A stretch of 64,000 bases of DNA from Gemmatimonadota bacterium (GCA_036679605.1 JAZDCZ010000365.1:60866-124865); one strand, 5' to 3'; counted from the first letter of the stretch, positions 1-9,019 are shown. Numbers and translations: made by a program. The notes: generated from the sequence alone by a model not told the origin.

Positions 1-1710
1 GAACGTGGCATAACGATTCTGTCGAAGAACACTGCTGTTCGGTGGAACGACGTGAAGATCAACGTAGTAGATACGCCGGGGCACGCCGATTTCGGTGGAG
101 AGGTCGAGCGGATCCTGCGGATGGTAGACGGAGTGCTCTTGTTGGTCGATGCGGCCGAAGGTCCGATGCCGCAAACTCGATTTGTGATGCGCAAGGCGTT
201 GGCGTTGAACTTGAAGCCGGTCATAGTCATAAACAAGGTTGACCGCCCCGACGCCCGTTCTGCAGAGGTTCACGACGAGGTATTGGAGCTGCTGTTAGAT
301 CTCGAAGCTAGTGACGAGCAGTTGGATGCGCCTTTCCTTTACGCCTCTGCGAAATACGGATGGGCGGCTAGGGATTTGCCGGAGGACTGGGATCCAGAGA
401 ATCACGACCTCACGCCTCTTTTCGAGACGATTGTGGAGGCGGTACCTGCGCCTCGAGCATACGCTGGACCCTTCCAGATGCTAGTCTCTACGTTGGACCA
501 TTCGCCGTATACGGGCCGCGTGGCCATCGGCCGGATCGAGCGGGGCAGTGTGACGGCCGGACAGCAGGTCGCGTTGTTGTCGCTGGGCGATCCAGGGTTT
601 GTTGCGCAGGATGAAGCGGTGCATGGGCGCGTACTCAAGTTGTATGGCTTCGAGGGTCTGGATCGAGTCGAGCTGGATACCGCCGCCGCCGGTGATATCA
701 TCGCGCTGACCGGGTTGGACGGAATAGAGATCGGCAAGACGGTGGCCGATGTCGATTGTCTCGAGCGGCTTGCAGGCATCGCGGTAGAAGAGCCCACGAT
801 CTCCGTCGAATTCATGGTGAACGATTCTCCTTTCGCCGGCAAGAGCGGGAAGTACGTCACGTCGCGCCAGATACGGGACCGACTTTACCGTGAATTAGAA
901 CGCAACGTGGCGCTTCAGGTAGACGACACTGAGAAGCCGGAAGTGTTTTCGGTCGCGGGACGGGGGGAGTTACATCTCGGAATTCTCATTGAGACGATGC
1001 GGCGCGAGGGGTACGAGTTTCAGGTGAGCCGACCGAGGGTAATCATGCGGCAGGATGCCGACGGCAAGGCGACCGAGCCATATGAAGAACTCGTGGTAGA
1101 TGTGCCGGAGGACATGGTCGGCGTCGTGATCGAAAAAATGGGTTCGCGCCGAGGTGACATGATCGATATGAGGAACCCGGGGCGGGGCAGCGTGAGGATG
1201 CGGTTTCGCATCCCTTCGCGTTGTCTATTCGGATTTCGCTCGGAGTTCTTGACTGATACCAGGGGTGAGGGAACATTGCACCACCGGTTTCTGGAGTACA
1301 GTCCCTGGGCGGGCCCGCTGGATGGCCGGTCGCGCGGTGTACTGGTTGCGGATCGTCAGGGCCAGGCGGTAGGTTATGGAATATTCGGGCTACAGGAGCG
1401 TAGTACGTTGTTCGTGGCGCCGGGCGACCCCGTGTATGAGGGGATGATCGTGGGAGAGAACGCCCGGGAGAGTGACATGGATGTCAACGTCTGTAAGGAG
1501 AAGAAGCTGACGAACATGCGTGCCTCCGGTTCCGATGACAACATTCTATTGGTTCCTCCTCGACGAATGACGCTCGAGATGTCGCTGGAGTACATCGCGG
1601 ACGATGAGTTGATCGAGGTCACGCCGGATGCGATCCGGCTTCGAAAGCGCGCGCTCAGTGTGAACGCGAGGAAGAAGGCTGTCCGCCAGGCACGTGCGGC
1701 GGCTAGGTAG
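1..1710 (+). CDS. typA: Translational GTPase TypA/BipA (5' end outside window)
   Basis: Frame open from base 1 ([11 protein letters not shown]), [36 protein letters not shown] and C-terminal [12 protein letters not shown]...[11 protein letters not shown] motifs. Confidence 0.97.
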   Translation, partial: ERGITILSKNTAVRWNDVKINVVDTPGHADFGGEVERILRMVDGVLLLVDAAEGPMPQTRFVMRKALALNLKPVIVINKVDRPDARSAEVHDEVLELLLDLEASDEQLDAPFLYASAKYGWAARDLPEDWDPENHDLTPLFETIVEAVPAPRAYAGPFQMLVSTLDHSPYTGRVAIGRIERGSVTAGQQVALLSLGDPGFVAQDEAVHGRVLKLYGFEGLDRVELDTAAAGDIIALTGLDGIEIGKTVADVDCLERLAGIAVEEPTISVEFMVNDSPFAGKSGKYVTSRQIRDRLYRELERNVALQVDDTEKPEVFSVAGRGELHLGILIETMRREGYEFQVSRPRVIMRQDADGKATEPYEELVVDVPEDMVGVVIEKMGSRRGDMIDMRNPGRGSVRMRFRIPSRCLFGFRSEFLTDTRGEGTLHHRFLEYSPWAGPLDGRSRGVLVADRQGQAVGYGIFGLQERSTLFVAPGDPVYEGMIVGENARESDMDVNVCKEKKLTNMRASGSDDNILLVPPRRMTLEMSLEYIADDELIEVTPDAIRLRKRALSVNARKKAVRQARAAAR

Positions 1711-1814
1711 AAAGGTGCATGACCCTTAGCGCGAGGAAATGAAGGAGTCATGTTGTCCCGACAGACGTCGACTTGGCCGGTCCTGGGCCTCACTGACGAC
1801 GATGACGATGAGGA

Positions 1815-1946
1815 ATGAACGACGAGCGTGATTTCGAAGAAGACGAGGTACTGGGTGACGACGACGGTGATGACGATGATGAATGGGAGGAGGACGAAGA
1901 TGAGTTGGAGCCGCACCGCAGGAAGCGGCCTGCCGAGTGGGAGTAG
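1815..1946 (+). CDS. Very acidic 43-aa peptide, possibly the frameshifted 3' part of a gene starting at 1750
   Basis: MNDERDFEEDEVLGDDDGDDDDEWEEDEDELEPHRRKRPAEWE; its ATG overlaps the TGA of a 22-codon ORF at 1750-1818 that has an AAGGAG RBS. Confidence 0.45.
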   Translation: MNDERDFEEDEVLGDDDGDDDDEWEEDEDELEPHRRKRPAEWE

Positions 1947-1966
1947 AAAAGGCGCGGCGGCCGGGG

Positions 1967-1995
1967 TTGGCCCGTCTGGCTACCGCGTCTAGATT
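1967..1995 (+). promoter_or_regulatory. Putative sigma70 promoter of tRNA-Ile
   Basis: TTGGCC-N17-TAGATT ending 14 nt before the tRNA. Confidence 0.5.
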
Positions 1996-2009
1996 TGTGT
2001 GTCCAAACC

Positions 2010-2083
<74 letters not shown>

Positions 2084-2131
2084 TTGCCGTTGCCGCAGAC
2101 AACGCAGATGGCACTGATCTACGCAGATGTA

Positions 2132-2166
2132 GCCCGCCGTGGTCCGAGAGACCGCGGTGGGTTTTT
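2132..2166 (+). terminator. Rho-independent terminator after tRNA-Ile
   Basis: CCCGCCGTGGTC / GACCGCGGTGGG stem followed by TTTTT. Confidence 0.7.
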
Positions 2167-2248
2167 GCGTGAACGGCCTCCGTCTATCCGCGGTGGTCAG
2201 TGTAATGAGTGGCCGGGTTGTTGTCATGGAGGACGGGACAGACATCCC

Positions 2249-2411
2249 GTTACACATCGAGCGCTAACCCGCTACTCAGAGGGATTCATAAGTGAGACTG
2301 CAATTGGTATTACCGATTCGGCTGGGACGACCGTATGTTTCAACGCCTTGAGATTGTTGAGATTATCGGGGATTACCCTTGCATGATATTCCGATACGCG
2401 GCCTGGGGAGA
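2249..2411 (+). repeat. Cassette-leader repeat, copy A (most diverged)
   Basis: Aligns with 9020-9196 (CATCGAGCGCT, GGGATTCA, GCCTTGAGATT.TTGAGATT.TCGGGG, GATATTCCG, GCGGCCTG.GGAGA); followed by GTTAGAC at 2446. Confidence 0.8.
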
Positions 2412-2528
2412 GCAGACCATGAGCACTCCGGATACAATCCTTATCGTTAGACGCCGCTTCAGAAACCGATATTCTGCGATGATCTTCAGATGCAAGAGCA
2501 CCGAGCACGTTCTGATTACGTCCCTTCT

Positions 2529-3593
2529 ATGACGATGCCTCGGCTGCTGCGATCGGCCAGGGCTGCGGCCCTGGTCGTCACGACGATTTCCGGCTGCGCA
2601 GATGCTCGTCGCGCACCGAGCACTGCCGAGTCTGTAACCCTCGTCCCCATGGATACGCTGGTTGCCACCGCCTCCGAGCTACTCGGCGGCGTGTACGACT
2701 TGGCGGTATCGCCGGACGGGGATGTTTATGTCGCGGACTATGGCTACAAGCACGTGCTGGTGGTCGGCCCCGACGGTGCGGTCCGCCGGACGATTGGCAA
2801 GCAAGGGTCGGGTCCTGGCGAGTTCGAAATGCCCTACGTCGTCTACGCCGGCGCGGATTCGGTCCGGGTGTTCGACGCCGCGAGCAATCGGGTGCAGGTG
2901 TTCGACCGCGCCGGTGGGCTGGTTCGGAGCTATCGGCTGGACGCACCCGGCCTCGGAGGCGGTCGTGACTTCCGGGACGACGGTTCGCTCGCCGCCACGA
3001 TTGGTGGCTTCGACAATGCGATGATCCTGGTGCTCGACGCGGCTGGCACCCGCGTCGGCAACTTCGGCGAACCAATCATTCCACCGGTGACCTTCTACGA
3101 CTTCACTGCGCTCAAGTCCGAGATACGGGACGGCCGCGTCCCCGATGCGTTCCGGAATCGGGCAACACTCGCCTGGGGCCCAGAGCAGTCGCTCTATCTC
3201 GTCTTCCTCGCCGAGCCCCAGGTCCGCCGGTACGCCGCCGCCGGAAGGCTTCTGTGGACTCGTACACTGGACGAGCCCGTGCTACGCTCGGCCCGAGAGA
3301 CGTTTATCCGCAAGAACATTGAGGAGCCGAACCCGTCCCGCATACACTCACTCCAGTACGTCACCGACGTCGCGGTGGTGGGTGGAGCCTTGTGGCTCCT
3401 GCTGAACACCGCCGATGAGGATGACGGGCTGCTGCTCGTGCTCCGTGCCGACGACGGCGCGGTTCGCCGCCGCGTCACCTTCCCGGGTTTGCCGAACACC
3501 GGGTACTTCGCGGTGGACCAGTCACGGCGAAGGCTGTACATAGCGCCGCGCGGTGAAGCGTCGGTACTGATTTTCGAGTTGCCGAGCTTGTGA
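2529..3593 (+). CDS. 6-bladed beta-propeller (NHL-like) lipoprotein
   Basis: Lipobox-like TISGC, IGKQGSGPGEF motif, NHL-type blades (DLAVSPDGDVYVAD, NRVQVFD). Confidence 0.8.
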   Translation: MTMPRLLRSARAAALVVTTISGCADARRAPSTAESVTLVPMDTLVATASELLGGVYDLAVSPDGDVYVADYGYKHVLVVGPDGAVRRTIGKQGSGPGEFEMPYVVYAGADSVRVFDAASNRVQVFDRAGGLVRSYRLDAPGLGGGRDFRDDGSLAATIGGFDNAMILVLDAAGTRVGNFGEPIIPPVTFYDFTALKSEIRDGRVPDAFRNRATLAWGPEQSLYLVFLAEPQVRRYAAAGRLLWTRTLDEPVLRSARETFIRKNIEEPNPSRIHSLQYVTDVAVVGGALWLLLNTADEDDGLLLVLRADDGAVRRRVTFPGLPNTGYFAVDQSRRRLYIAPRGEASVLIFELPSL

Positions 3594-3594
3594 T

Positions 3595-3951
3595 AGCACG
3601 GTTGTCCCAGGCAAGTTTGAAATCATCTATTTCATCCACGCGGTGAACTGTGCGCACGCCGAGTTCTACGGTCACCAGAGACTCGCCCATTATCGCGCGA
3701 CAGGAGAGTTCTTCGACGTGCCTATTGGGGTTGCCATCGATGCGATCGACGAGGTGGCCAAGCAGTTTGCCATCAACATGGACCTTGCTCGGCCTAAGAA
3801 GCGGGGCGGTTGGGGAGACAAGTGGCTCCCCCAGGCTTTCCGGCACGTGGTCAGTCCATGTCCTCATTGCGGGAAAAAGAACAAAATTCACATGCTTGCG
3901 GTGCCGTTTATCCCGAAGTGTGTAAAGTGCCGCAGAAATCTCTCGGGCTGA
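3595..3951 (+). pseudogene. 5'-truncated T5orf172/GIY-YIG-like protein with C-terminal Zn ribbon
   Basis: STVVPGKFEIIY...CAHAEFYGHQRLAHYRATGEFFDV resembles the C-terminal half of T5orf172; CPHC...CVKC; N-terminal half absent. Confidence 0.55.
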
Positions 3952-3977
3952 GGACGGATCGCCTCGTGCCGATAACG

Positions 3978-5186
3978 ATGTGCCAGCTCACGGCGCTGCT
4001 AGCATTCGCGGCGATCAGTACATTTGCCTGTGGCCAGGGCGAAGCTCCCGGGCCCTGGCTGGGCTCAATCGACACGCTGCCATCCGGCACGATCCGGACT
4101 GTGAACCCGGCCCAAGGAATCTGGAATCGCAGGACGGCCTGGCGCATCGCAGAGAACCTCAGGATTGGATCGCTGGACGGTGGACCCGAGGAGTTTGACC
4201 GGATCGTGGATCTGGACGTGGACGATTGGGGCCGCATCTATGTGCTCCTCGACCGCCGTGCCGAGATCCGTGTATTTGATGAACGAGGAAACTACGTTCG
4301 TACCATTGGTCGTCGAGGCGGCGGACCCGGCGAGTTCAGAGCCCCTGTCAGCTTGGACATAGACTCGCTTGGTCAGATATGGGTTACGGACCCGATGAAC
4401 CTTCGGTACACCGTCTTTGACTCAACTGGTACGTTCCGCTTTGGCCGAAGTCGCCACAGCAAGTTTTCTACTTTTGGAGGGGTTCGCGGTGATAGAGTCG
4501 GTGTCGATGGAGCATTGTTCGATGCGGATGTCCACGCTAGCGCGCCTTCCGTCTTTGAGTATCGCTTCTTCAAGCTCGACACAGCGTTCACGCCCATCGA
4601 TACCATAATCGTACCCCGGGGCAACCGCACTCCGTCGACCCGTCCACTTCCGTTCCGGCCATACAGTCCGAGAGGGCTCTACTCGCTGGATCTTAGAGGA
4701 TACGTGTGGTACGGTGTTTCCACCACTTATGAGGTTTTTCAGCTCGGTTTTTCCGGTGATACAGTTCGCTCGGTAGGTCGTGATTTCGAGCCGCAAGTGA
4801 TAACAGACGCGGAACGTGCGTCGATAGCTGAGGCTAGCCAACGTGGCAACCGGGAGATCGGGATTCCCGGTTCTAGGAGTAGTCCGGACATACCTACACA
4901 CAAGCCCGCAATAGCGCGGATATTCGTTGACTCGCGTGGCTATTTGTGGGTTGTACCGTATGGCGAAGTAGACGGTGAGACGCACAACCTCGATGTGTTT
5001 GATCCAGACGGGAAATATCTGGGTCAAGCAACAGCAGATTTCCCCATTGGTCTTGAGCCCAGCGGGATGCCGGCTGTGCTAAGAGGAACGCCGATAGTCA
5101 TCAGAGGTGACAACCTGTATGCGGTGACCTTCGACGATCTCGACGTACCCTTCGTTGTCCGAGCACGTATTCAAGTACGGAGGTAG
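3978..5186 (+). CDS. 6-bladed beta-propeller lipoprotein
   Basis: Lipobox-like STFAC, IGRRGGGPGEF, IFVDSRGYLWV, DVFDPDGKYLG, DDLDVPFVVR. Confidence 0.8.
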   Translation: MCQLTALLAFAAISTFACGQGEAPGPWLGSIDTLPSGTIRTVNPAQGIWNRRTAWRIAENLRIGSLDGGPEEFDRIVDLDVDDWGRIYVLLDRRAEIRVFDERGNYVRTIGRRGGGPGEFRAPVSLDIDSLGQIWVTDPMNLRYTVFDSTGTFRFGRSRHSKFSTFGGVRGDRVGVDGALFDADVHASAPSVFEYRFFKLDTAFTPIDTIIVPRGNRTPSTRPLPFRPYSPRGLYSLDLRGYVWYGVSTTYEVFQLGFSGDTVRSVGRDFEPQVITDAERASIAEASQRGNREIGIPGSRSSPDIPTHKPAIARIFVDSRGYLWVVPYGEVDGETHNLDVFDPDGKYLGQATADFPIGLEPSGMPAVLRGTPIVIRGDNLYAVTFDDLDVPFVVRARIQVRR

Positions 5187-5212
5187 CTTCGTGAGCATGC
5201 CTTTTAACCCGA

Positions 5213-5360
5213 AAACTCCGATTGTTATTACGTATCCGCTGTGACGGCTCTATCTTCCAATGCCTTGGATTGTCGAGATTATCGCTGGGGGAGACTCTTG
5301 CCTGATATTCGGGTAGTGCGGCCTGCGGAGATCGTGAACCCGTTACGCGCCGCGCGTAAT
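5213..5360 (+). repeat. Cassette-leader repeat, copy B (5'-truncated)
   Basis: AAACTCCGATTGTTATTACGTATC...GCGGCCTGCGGAGATCG...AACCCG-N10-CGCGTAAT closely matches 9068-9214. Confidence 0.85.
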
Positions 5361-5388
5361 ACTTGATAGAGCTTGAGGGGAGATCGTC

Positions 5389-6066
5389 GTGAAGCCGAAG
5401 GAATTGCTGGAAGCACTACAAAGAGTAATTGGTCTCTCAACAGATTCCGCTGTAGCGCGGCTAATTGGGCTTACTTCGGGTCGTGTAAGCCAATGGCGTT
5501 CTGGCAAGCGCGATTTAAGTGCTCGCCAGGTGGCAAACCTAGTGAAACGAGTAGCTTCATTAGCCGGAACCGAGCAACTCGGAAACGCTATTCGTCCAAT
5601 TGTTGAGTTGTACCCTGTAGATTGTGTCGCGTCGAAGCAAGATGCCCGCTGGCTGATTCTCCCGACGGATAAGCGAAAAAATCCCCGTCGGAACAAGCTA
5701 CGAAAGCACCTTGAAAAAGCAAAAGGCATCTATTTCTTCTACAACTCAGAAGGGGAAGTGGTATATGTAGGTCAGACCCAGAAACGTACTCTGTGGAAAA
5801 GAATGAATGAAACATTCAACCGAGAGGCGCAATCACATCAGGCATATGTTGTGCGGCATCCGTCCACAGGAAGCGCTTTTGTTCCCGCATGGAGTAAGCT
5901 GCGCCAGCCCGTCAAGCGAATTGTCTATCTGTATGATATCGCAGCCTATTTTTCAGCCTACGAGGTAGCGGAGCCACTCATAGACAATCTTGAAGCAATG
6001 ATAGTACGTGCTTTCTGTAATGACTTGGCAAATGTGAAAATGGAGAAATTCAAATTCAAGCTCTAA
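5389..6066 (+). CDS. XRE-like HTH / GIY-YIG nuclease fusion (gene cassette)
   Basis: N-terminal HTH (DSAVARLIGLTSGRVSQWRSG), GIYFFY...VVYVGQT...R and late E/N residues; the stop codon lies inside the attC R'' box. Confidence 0.7.
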   Translation: MKPKELLEALQRVIGLSTDSAVARLIGLTSGRVSQWRSGKRDLSARQVANLVKRVASLAGTEQLGNAIRPIVELYPVDCVASKQDARWLILPTDKRKNPRRNKLRKHLEKAKGIYFFYNSEGEVVYVGQTQKRTLWKRMNETFNREAQSHQAYVVRHPSTGSAFVPAWSKLRQPVKRIVYLYDIAAYFSAYEVAEPLIDNLEAMIVRAFCNDLANVKMEKFKFKL

Positions 6067-6179
6067 CAAAACACTCCAGACCGACGCTCAACACTTTGCC
6101 GGTTCTGTGTTCTCGCTGCGCTCCATATTCACACAAGAACGGGCAAACTGTTGAGCGCGGCTGAGCGTAGTCGTTATAC
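6061..6179 (+). mobile_element. Integron attC site (119 bp)
   Basis: CTCTAAC R'' box ... GTTATAC R' box, with a long imperfect palindrome (CGCTCAACA.TTTGCC.GTTCT / AGAAC.GGCAAA.TGTTGAGCG). Confidence 0.85.
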
Positions 6180-6243
6180 AACCCGACCACCGTCTTTGTG
6201 CTAGACTGCAGGTGGCCTTGAACTCACTATTTGGCGGCGTACC

Positions 6244-6576
6244 TTGAAGTTACCTCACAGTGACCGAGCCCAGATTCCATCGGAGAAGTTGCGTGGCTAC
6301 TTGCTCTCTTCGGAGCATCCGATCGGTAGGTTCAAGGCGCGGTTCTTCCACGCACTTGGCTACAAAGCGGAGAGTTGGGAGAAACTCGAACGAGACCTCG
6401 TCGATGCGGCCCAATCCGCGGAGGCGGAGCTGGTCCCGTCCCCGTATGGCGACAAGTACCTTGTTGGGTGTACACTTACAGGGCCGGCAGGATTGTCGGC
6501 CGGTGTGATCTCAGTGTGGATCCTGGCGCGCAGCCAGGATATTCCGCGCTTTATCACGGCATATCCTTCGGAGTGA
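6244..6576 (+). CDS. DUF6883-like protein (putative toxin/nuclease)
   Basis: IPSEKLRGYLL...HPIGRFKARFF...SPYGDKY...SVW...PRFITAYP pattern; paired with DUF4926. Confidence 0.75.
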   Translation: MKLPHSDRAQIPSEKLRGYLLSSEHPIGRFKARFFHALGYKAESWEKLERDLVDAAQSAEAELVPSPYGDKYLVGCTLTGPAGLSAGVISVWILARSQDIPRFITAYPSE

Positions 6577-6578
6577 TA

Positions 6579-6812
6579 ATGGACTACAAGACTCTCGATA
6601 CGGTGGTCCTAGACCGCGATCTTCCAGATCATTCGCTTCGGCGTGGAGACTTAGGTGCGGTGGTGTACGTCCACGAACCAGATGGGATCGAGGTCGAGTT
6701 CGTCACGGCATCGGGAAAGACCGAGGCGCTCGTGACACTCAGCTCCTCGGATGTACGACCTGTCGCCGAAACCGATCTGGTTTCGGTTCGTTCCTTCCCG
6801 AAATCAGCCTAG
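6579..6812 (+). CDS. DUF4926-domain protein (putative immunity/antitoxin partner)
   Basis: LDTVVLDRDLPDHSLRRGDLGAVV...EVEFVTASGKTEALVTL. Confidence 0.8.
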   Translation: MDYKTLDTVVLDRDLPDHSLRRGDLGAVVYVHEPDGIEVEFVTASGKTEALVTLSSSDVRPVAETDLVSVRSFPKSA

Positions 6813-6980
6813 CCGTCACAGACGGGTTGCATAACTCGACTAAGAAGTACCTTGTTGAGACGGTGCAGTTTCCCTGCGTGCTGCCATAGCCAGTTTTCAT
6901 CCCCACTCCCGCCGATCCCAGGCAACGCCCGAAGGATACTTCAAGAATGGTTGTGGCGGATTCCGGAGTGAAATCCAGCC

Positions 6981-7148
6981 ACGCCTATTTAAGTGCGGCA
7001 CTACGATGGTGTCGATTGTGGTGTCGATTATGGTGTCGATTGATACCGGTACATGACGATCTCAACGAAGCACGATGTGGGCAGATCGCGCGTTCTGTCT
7101 AGGAAATGGGCAAGGTGTCGTGATCCGATTGGCCTCGTAGCAGCCTGA
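6981..7148 (+). repeat. att-arm-like direct repeat, copy 1
   Basis: Near-identical to 7978-8135; three tandem GGTGTCGATT units; ends in GCCTGA. Confidence 0.9.
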
Positions 7149-7188
7149 GGCGTGTCGTTAGACGGCACGCAAGAGAGCGAGGCGTGGC

Positions 7189-7545
7189 TCAGATGCGTCG
7201 CTGACGTACGTGAGTACCATCCACGATACTGATGTGATCGCGCCAAGTCACATCGGACCGCGTCAGAAGATCTAGAAGCAAACGTGTGATCTCCTCTGCG
7301 CTTTTCGGGATGATGCGCAAGAGCAGAACACCGGCAGCCAGTCGGTCAGTGCCACGCACTGCAAGTTCGCCGAAGTCCCGATCGAAAGTCACAATGAGTC
7401 GGTCCTCACGAATCGCTCTTTCGACATGTCTCACATCTGCGGCGCCCGGCTCGGCCTCGGTGGTCGAATAGACATCGTGCCCTGCGGAACGCAGGGCACG
7501 GACGGTATCGAGGGGAATGTTTTCGTCTGCCAGCAACCGCATCAC
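7189..7545 (-). CDS. DUF5615 PIN-like toxin
   Basis: MRLLADENIP...LRSAGHDV...IVTFDRDFGEL...GVLLLR. Confidence 0.85.
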   Translation of the reverse strand: MMRLLADENIPLDTVRALRSAGHDVYSTTEAEPGAADVRHVERAIREDRLIVTFDRDFGELAVRGTDRLAAGVLLLRIIPKSAEEITRLLLDLLTRSDVTWRDHISIVDGTHVRQRRI

Positions 7546-7781
7546 GCGGCGCCGGGACGGACCGGGAGGAGCGTCTGATCGTGAAGCACTTCAGCCGCGT
7601 AGGCGAACACTGCACGAAGCGCATCATCGCCCAGCTGGGGGTAGTTCTTTTGGAGCTGTTCCTGTGACCAGCCTTCAGCCAACAGTCCCAGCACGAAATC
7701 GACGGCGAGCCGAGTTCCCTTGATGACGGGCTTGCCACCGACAACAGCGGGGTCGGCATGAATGTGCTCAGTCCAAGTCAC
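7542..7781 (-). CDS. DUF433 antitoxin
   Basis: DPAVVGGKPVIKGTRLAV...GWSQEQLQKNYPQL; 4-bp overlap with the toxin gene. Confidence 0.9.
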   Translation of the reverse strand: MTWTEHIHADPAVVGGKPVIKGTRLAVDFVLGLLAEGWSQEQLQKNYPQLGDDALRAVFAYAAEVLHDQTLLPVRPGAA

Positions 7782-7977
7782 CTGTCCCTCCTGGTCCCCT
7801 AAGGTACTGCGGGGGCGTGCCGTCTAACAAGCGCTGGCTGCCGGCGCGGTAGGGAGGGAGGTTGTGCGTATGGAGAGTCTGAGAATACGGACCACCGGTG
7901 CGTGACGTGCCGTAGGAGGACGTCGAGGAATTCCTAAGGGTCGATTGGCATACGTGCTCGTGTAACCATCGTTCCGT

Positions 7978-8135
7978 ACGCCTGTCTAAGTGAGTGCACC
8001 ACGATGGTGTCGATTGTGGTGTCGATTGATACCGTTACATGACGATCTCGGCGAACCACGATGTGGGCAGATCGCGCGTTCTGTCTAGGAAAGTGGGCAA
8101 GGTGTCGTGATCCGATTGGCCTGGTAGCTGCCTGA
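7978..8135 (+). repeat. att-arm-like direct repeat, copy 2, abutting the tRNA-Ile 3'-half duplicate
   Basis: Near-identical to 6981-7148; two GGTGTCGATT units; runs directly into GCCTGATAAGCGTGAGG. Confidence 0.9.
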
Positions 8136-8215
8136 TAAGCGTGAGGTCGGAAGTTCACCTGCCCATCCCCGTCTCACCCCGTGGTGCGCTAACGCGTTAA
8201 CTCTTCCCTGGCCCA
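8130..8215 (+). repeat. attR-like duplicate of the tRNA-Ile 3' half, interrupted by 42 bp
   Basis: 8130-8157 equals 2040-2067 and 8200-8215 equals 2068-2083. Confidence 0.9.
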
Positions 8216-8351
8216 TGACTTGAAACTGTGATCCCGCTTGGTGTTACGACATTAGGCAGGACTTCGCGTCGACGAAGCTGACAGCGCGTGTATTCATTGG
8301 TAGCACGATCTCGCTGCTTGTATCATACGTACAATGTATGTACATTAGGAA

Positions 8352-8648
8352 GTGGCTGAACTCCGCTTTGAATGGGACGAACGCAAAGAGACCTCGAACC
8401 GGCGCAAGCATGGTATCTCGTTCGACGAGGCGAAGACGGTCTTCGCGGATGACTGCGCGCTCTTGCTCGACGATCCGGATCACTCTGAGCAAGAAGATCG
8501 GTTCGTGTTGCTCGGACTAAGCTCGGCGCTTCGGACCTTGGTTGTCTGCCATTGTTACGGCGAACCAGATGAGGTCATTCGGATCATCTCGGCGCGGAAG
8601 GCCACACGACCAGAGCGACAGATCTACAATCGCAGGTGGCGCCAATGA
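8352..8648 (+). CDS. brnT: BrnT family toxin
   Basis: FEWDERKETSNRRKHGISFDEA...EDRFVLLG...IRIISARKAT. Confidence 0.92.
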   Translation: MAELRFEWDERKETSNRRKHGISFDEAKTVFADDCALLLDDPDHSEQEDRFVLLGLSSALRTLVVCHCYGEPDEVIRIISARKATRPERQIYNRRWRQ

Positions 8649-8872
8649 GAAAAGAGTATGATTTCACGAAGGCCCGGAAGAACCCGTATGCAAAGCGGCT
8701 GAAGAAGTCGGTGACGATCCGTCTTGATACCGACACGGTCGCGTACTTCAAGGATCTGGCGGCCGAAACGGGCATCGCCTATCAGACCCTGATCAATCTC
8801 TACCTTCGCGACTGTGCGGCGTCGCATAAGAAGCTGTCGATGCGTTGGGCGTCCAAGTTCGGTGCTGCCTAG
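8645..8872 (+). CDS. brnA: BrnA family antitoxin
   Basis: MRKEYDF...NPYAKRLKKSVTIRLD...YFK...YQTLINLYLRD; ATGA overlap. Confidence 0.9.
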   Translation: MRKEYDFTKARKNPYAKRLKKSVTIRLDTDTVAYFKDLAAETGIAYQTLINLYLRDCAASHKKLSMRWASKFGAA

Positions 8873-9019
8873 TACCTGTAAGGCCTTCGCTGTCAAGCGG
8901 CCGTAGCTAGACAACGCAGACTTTTTTGGTTTCCGTTTTGCGGTTCGTTTTCCAGCAGTGGCGTTATGGTTTCATTGCCAATGTGGTGCAAGAAAATGCT
9001 CTGCACGAAACTCCTCACT

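Larger units (their letters stand above)
2084..8215. mobile_element. Degraded, integrase-less genomic island at tRNA-Ile carrying integron-type cassettes
   Basis: Bounded by the intact tRNA and a duplicate of its 3' half at 8130-8215; contains an attC site, TA pairs and gene fragments. Confidence 0.7.

Noticed and set aside
1374..1916. Minus-strand 180-aa ORF with a hydrophobic N-terminus
   Set aside because: Antisense to typA and to the GAY/GAR-rich acidic ORF, which explains its composition
7822..7867. Complete attC after the DUF433/DUF5615 cassette
   Set aside because: Only the R'' box and left part are recognisable and there is no matching right half; treated as a truncated site
8130..8215. 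Second functional or intron-containing tRNA-Ile
   Set aside because: The 5' half (acceptor strand and D-arm) is absent, and the insert is too short for a self-splicing intron
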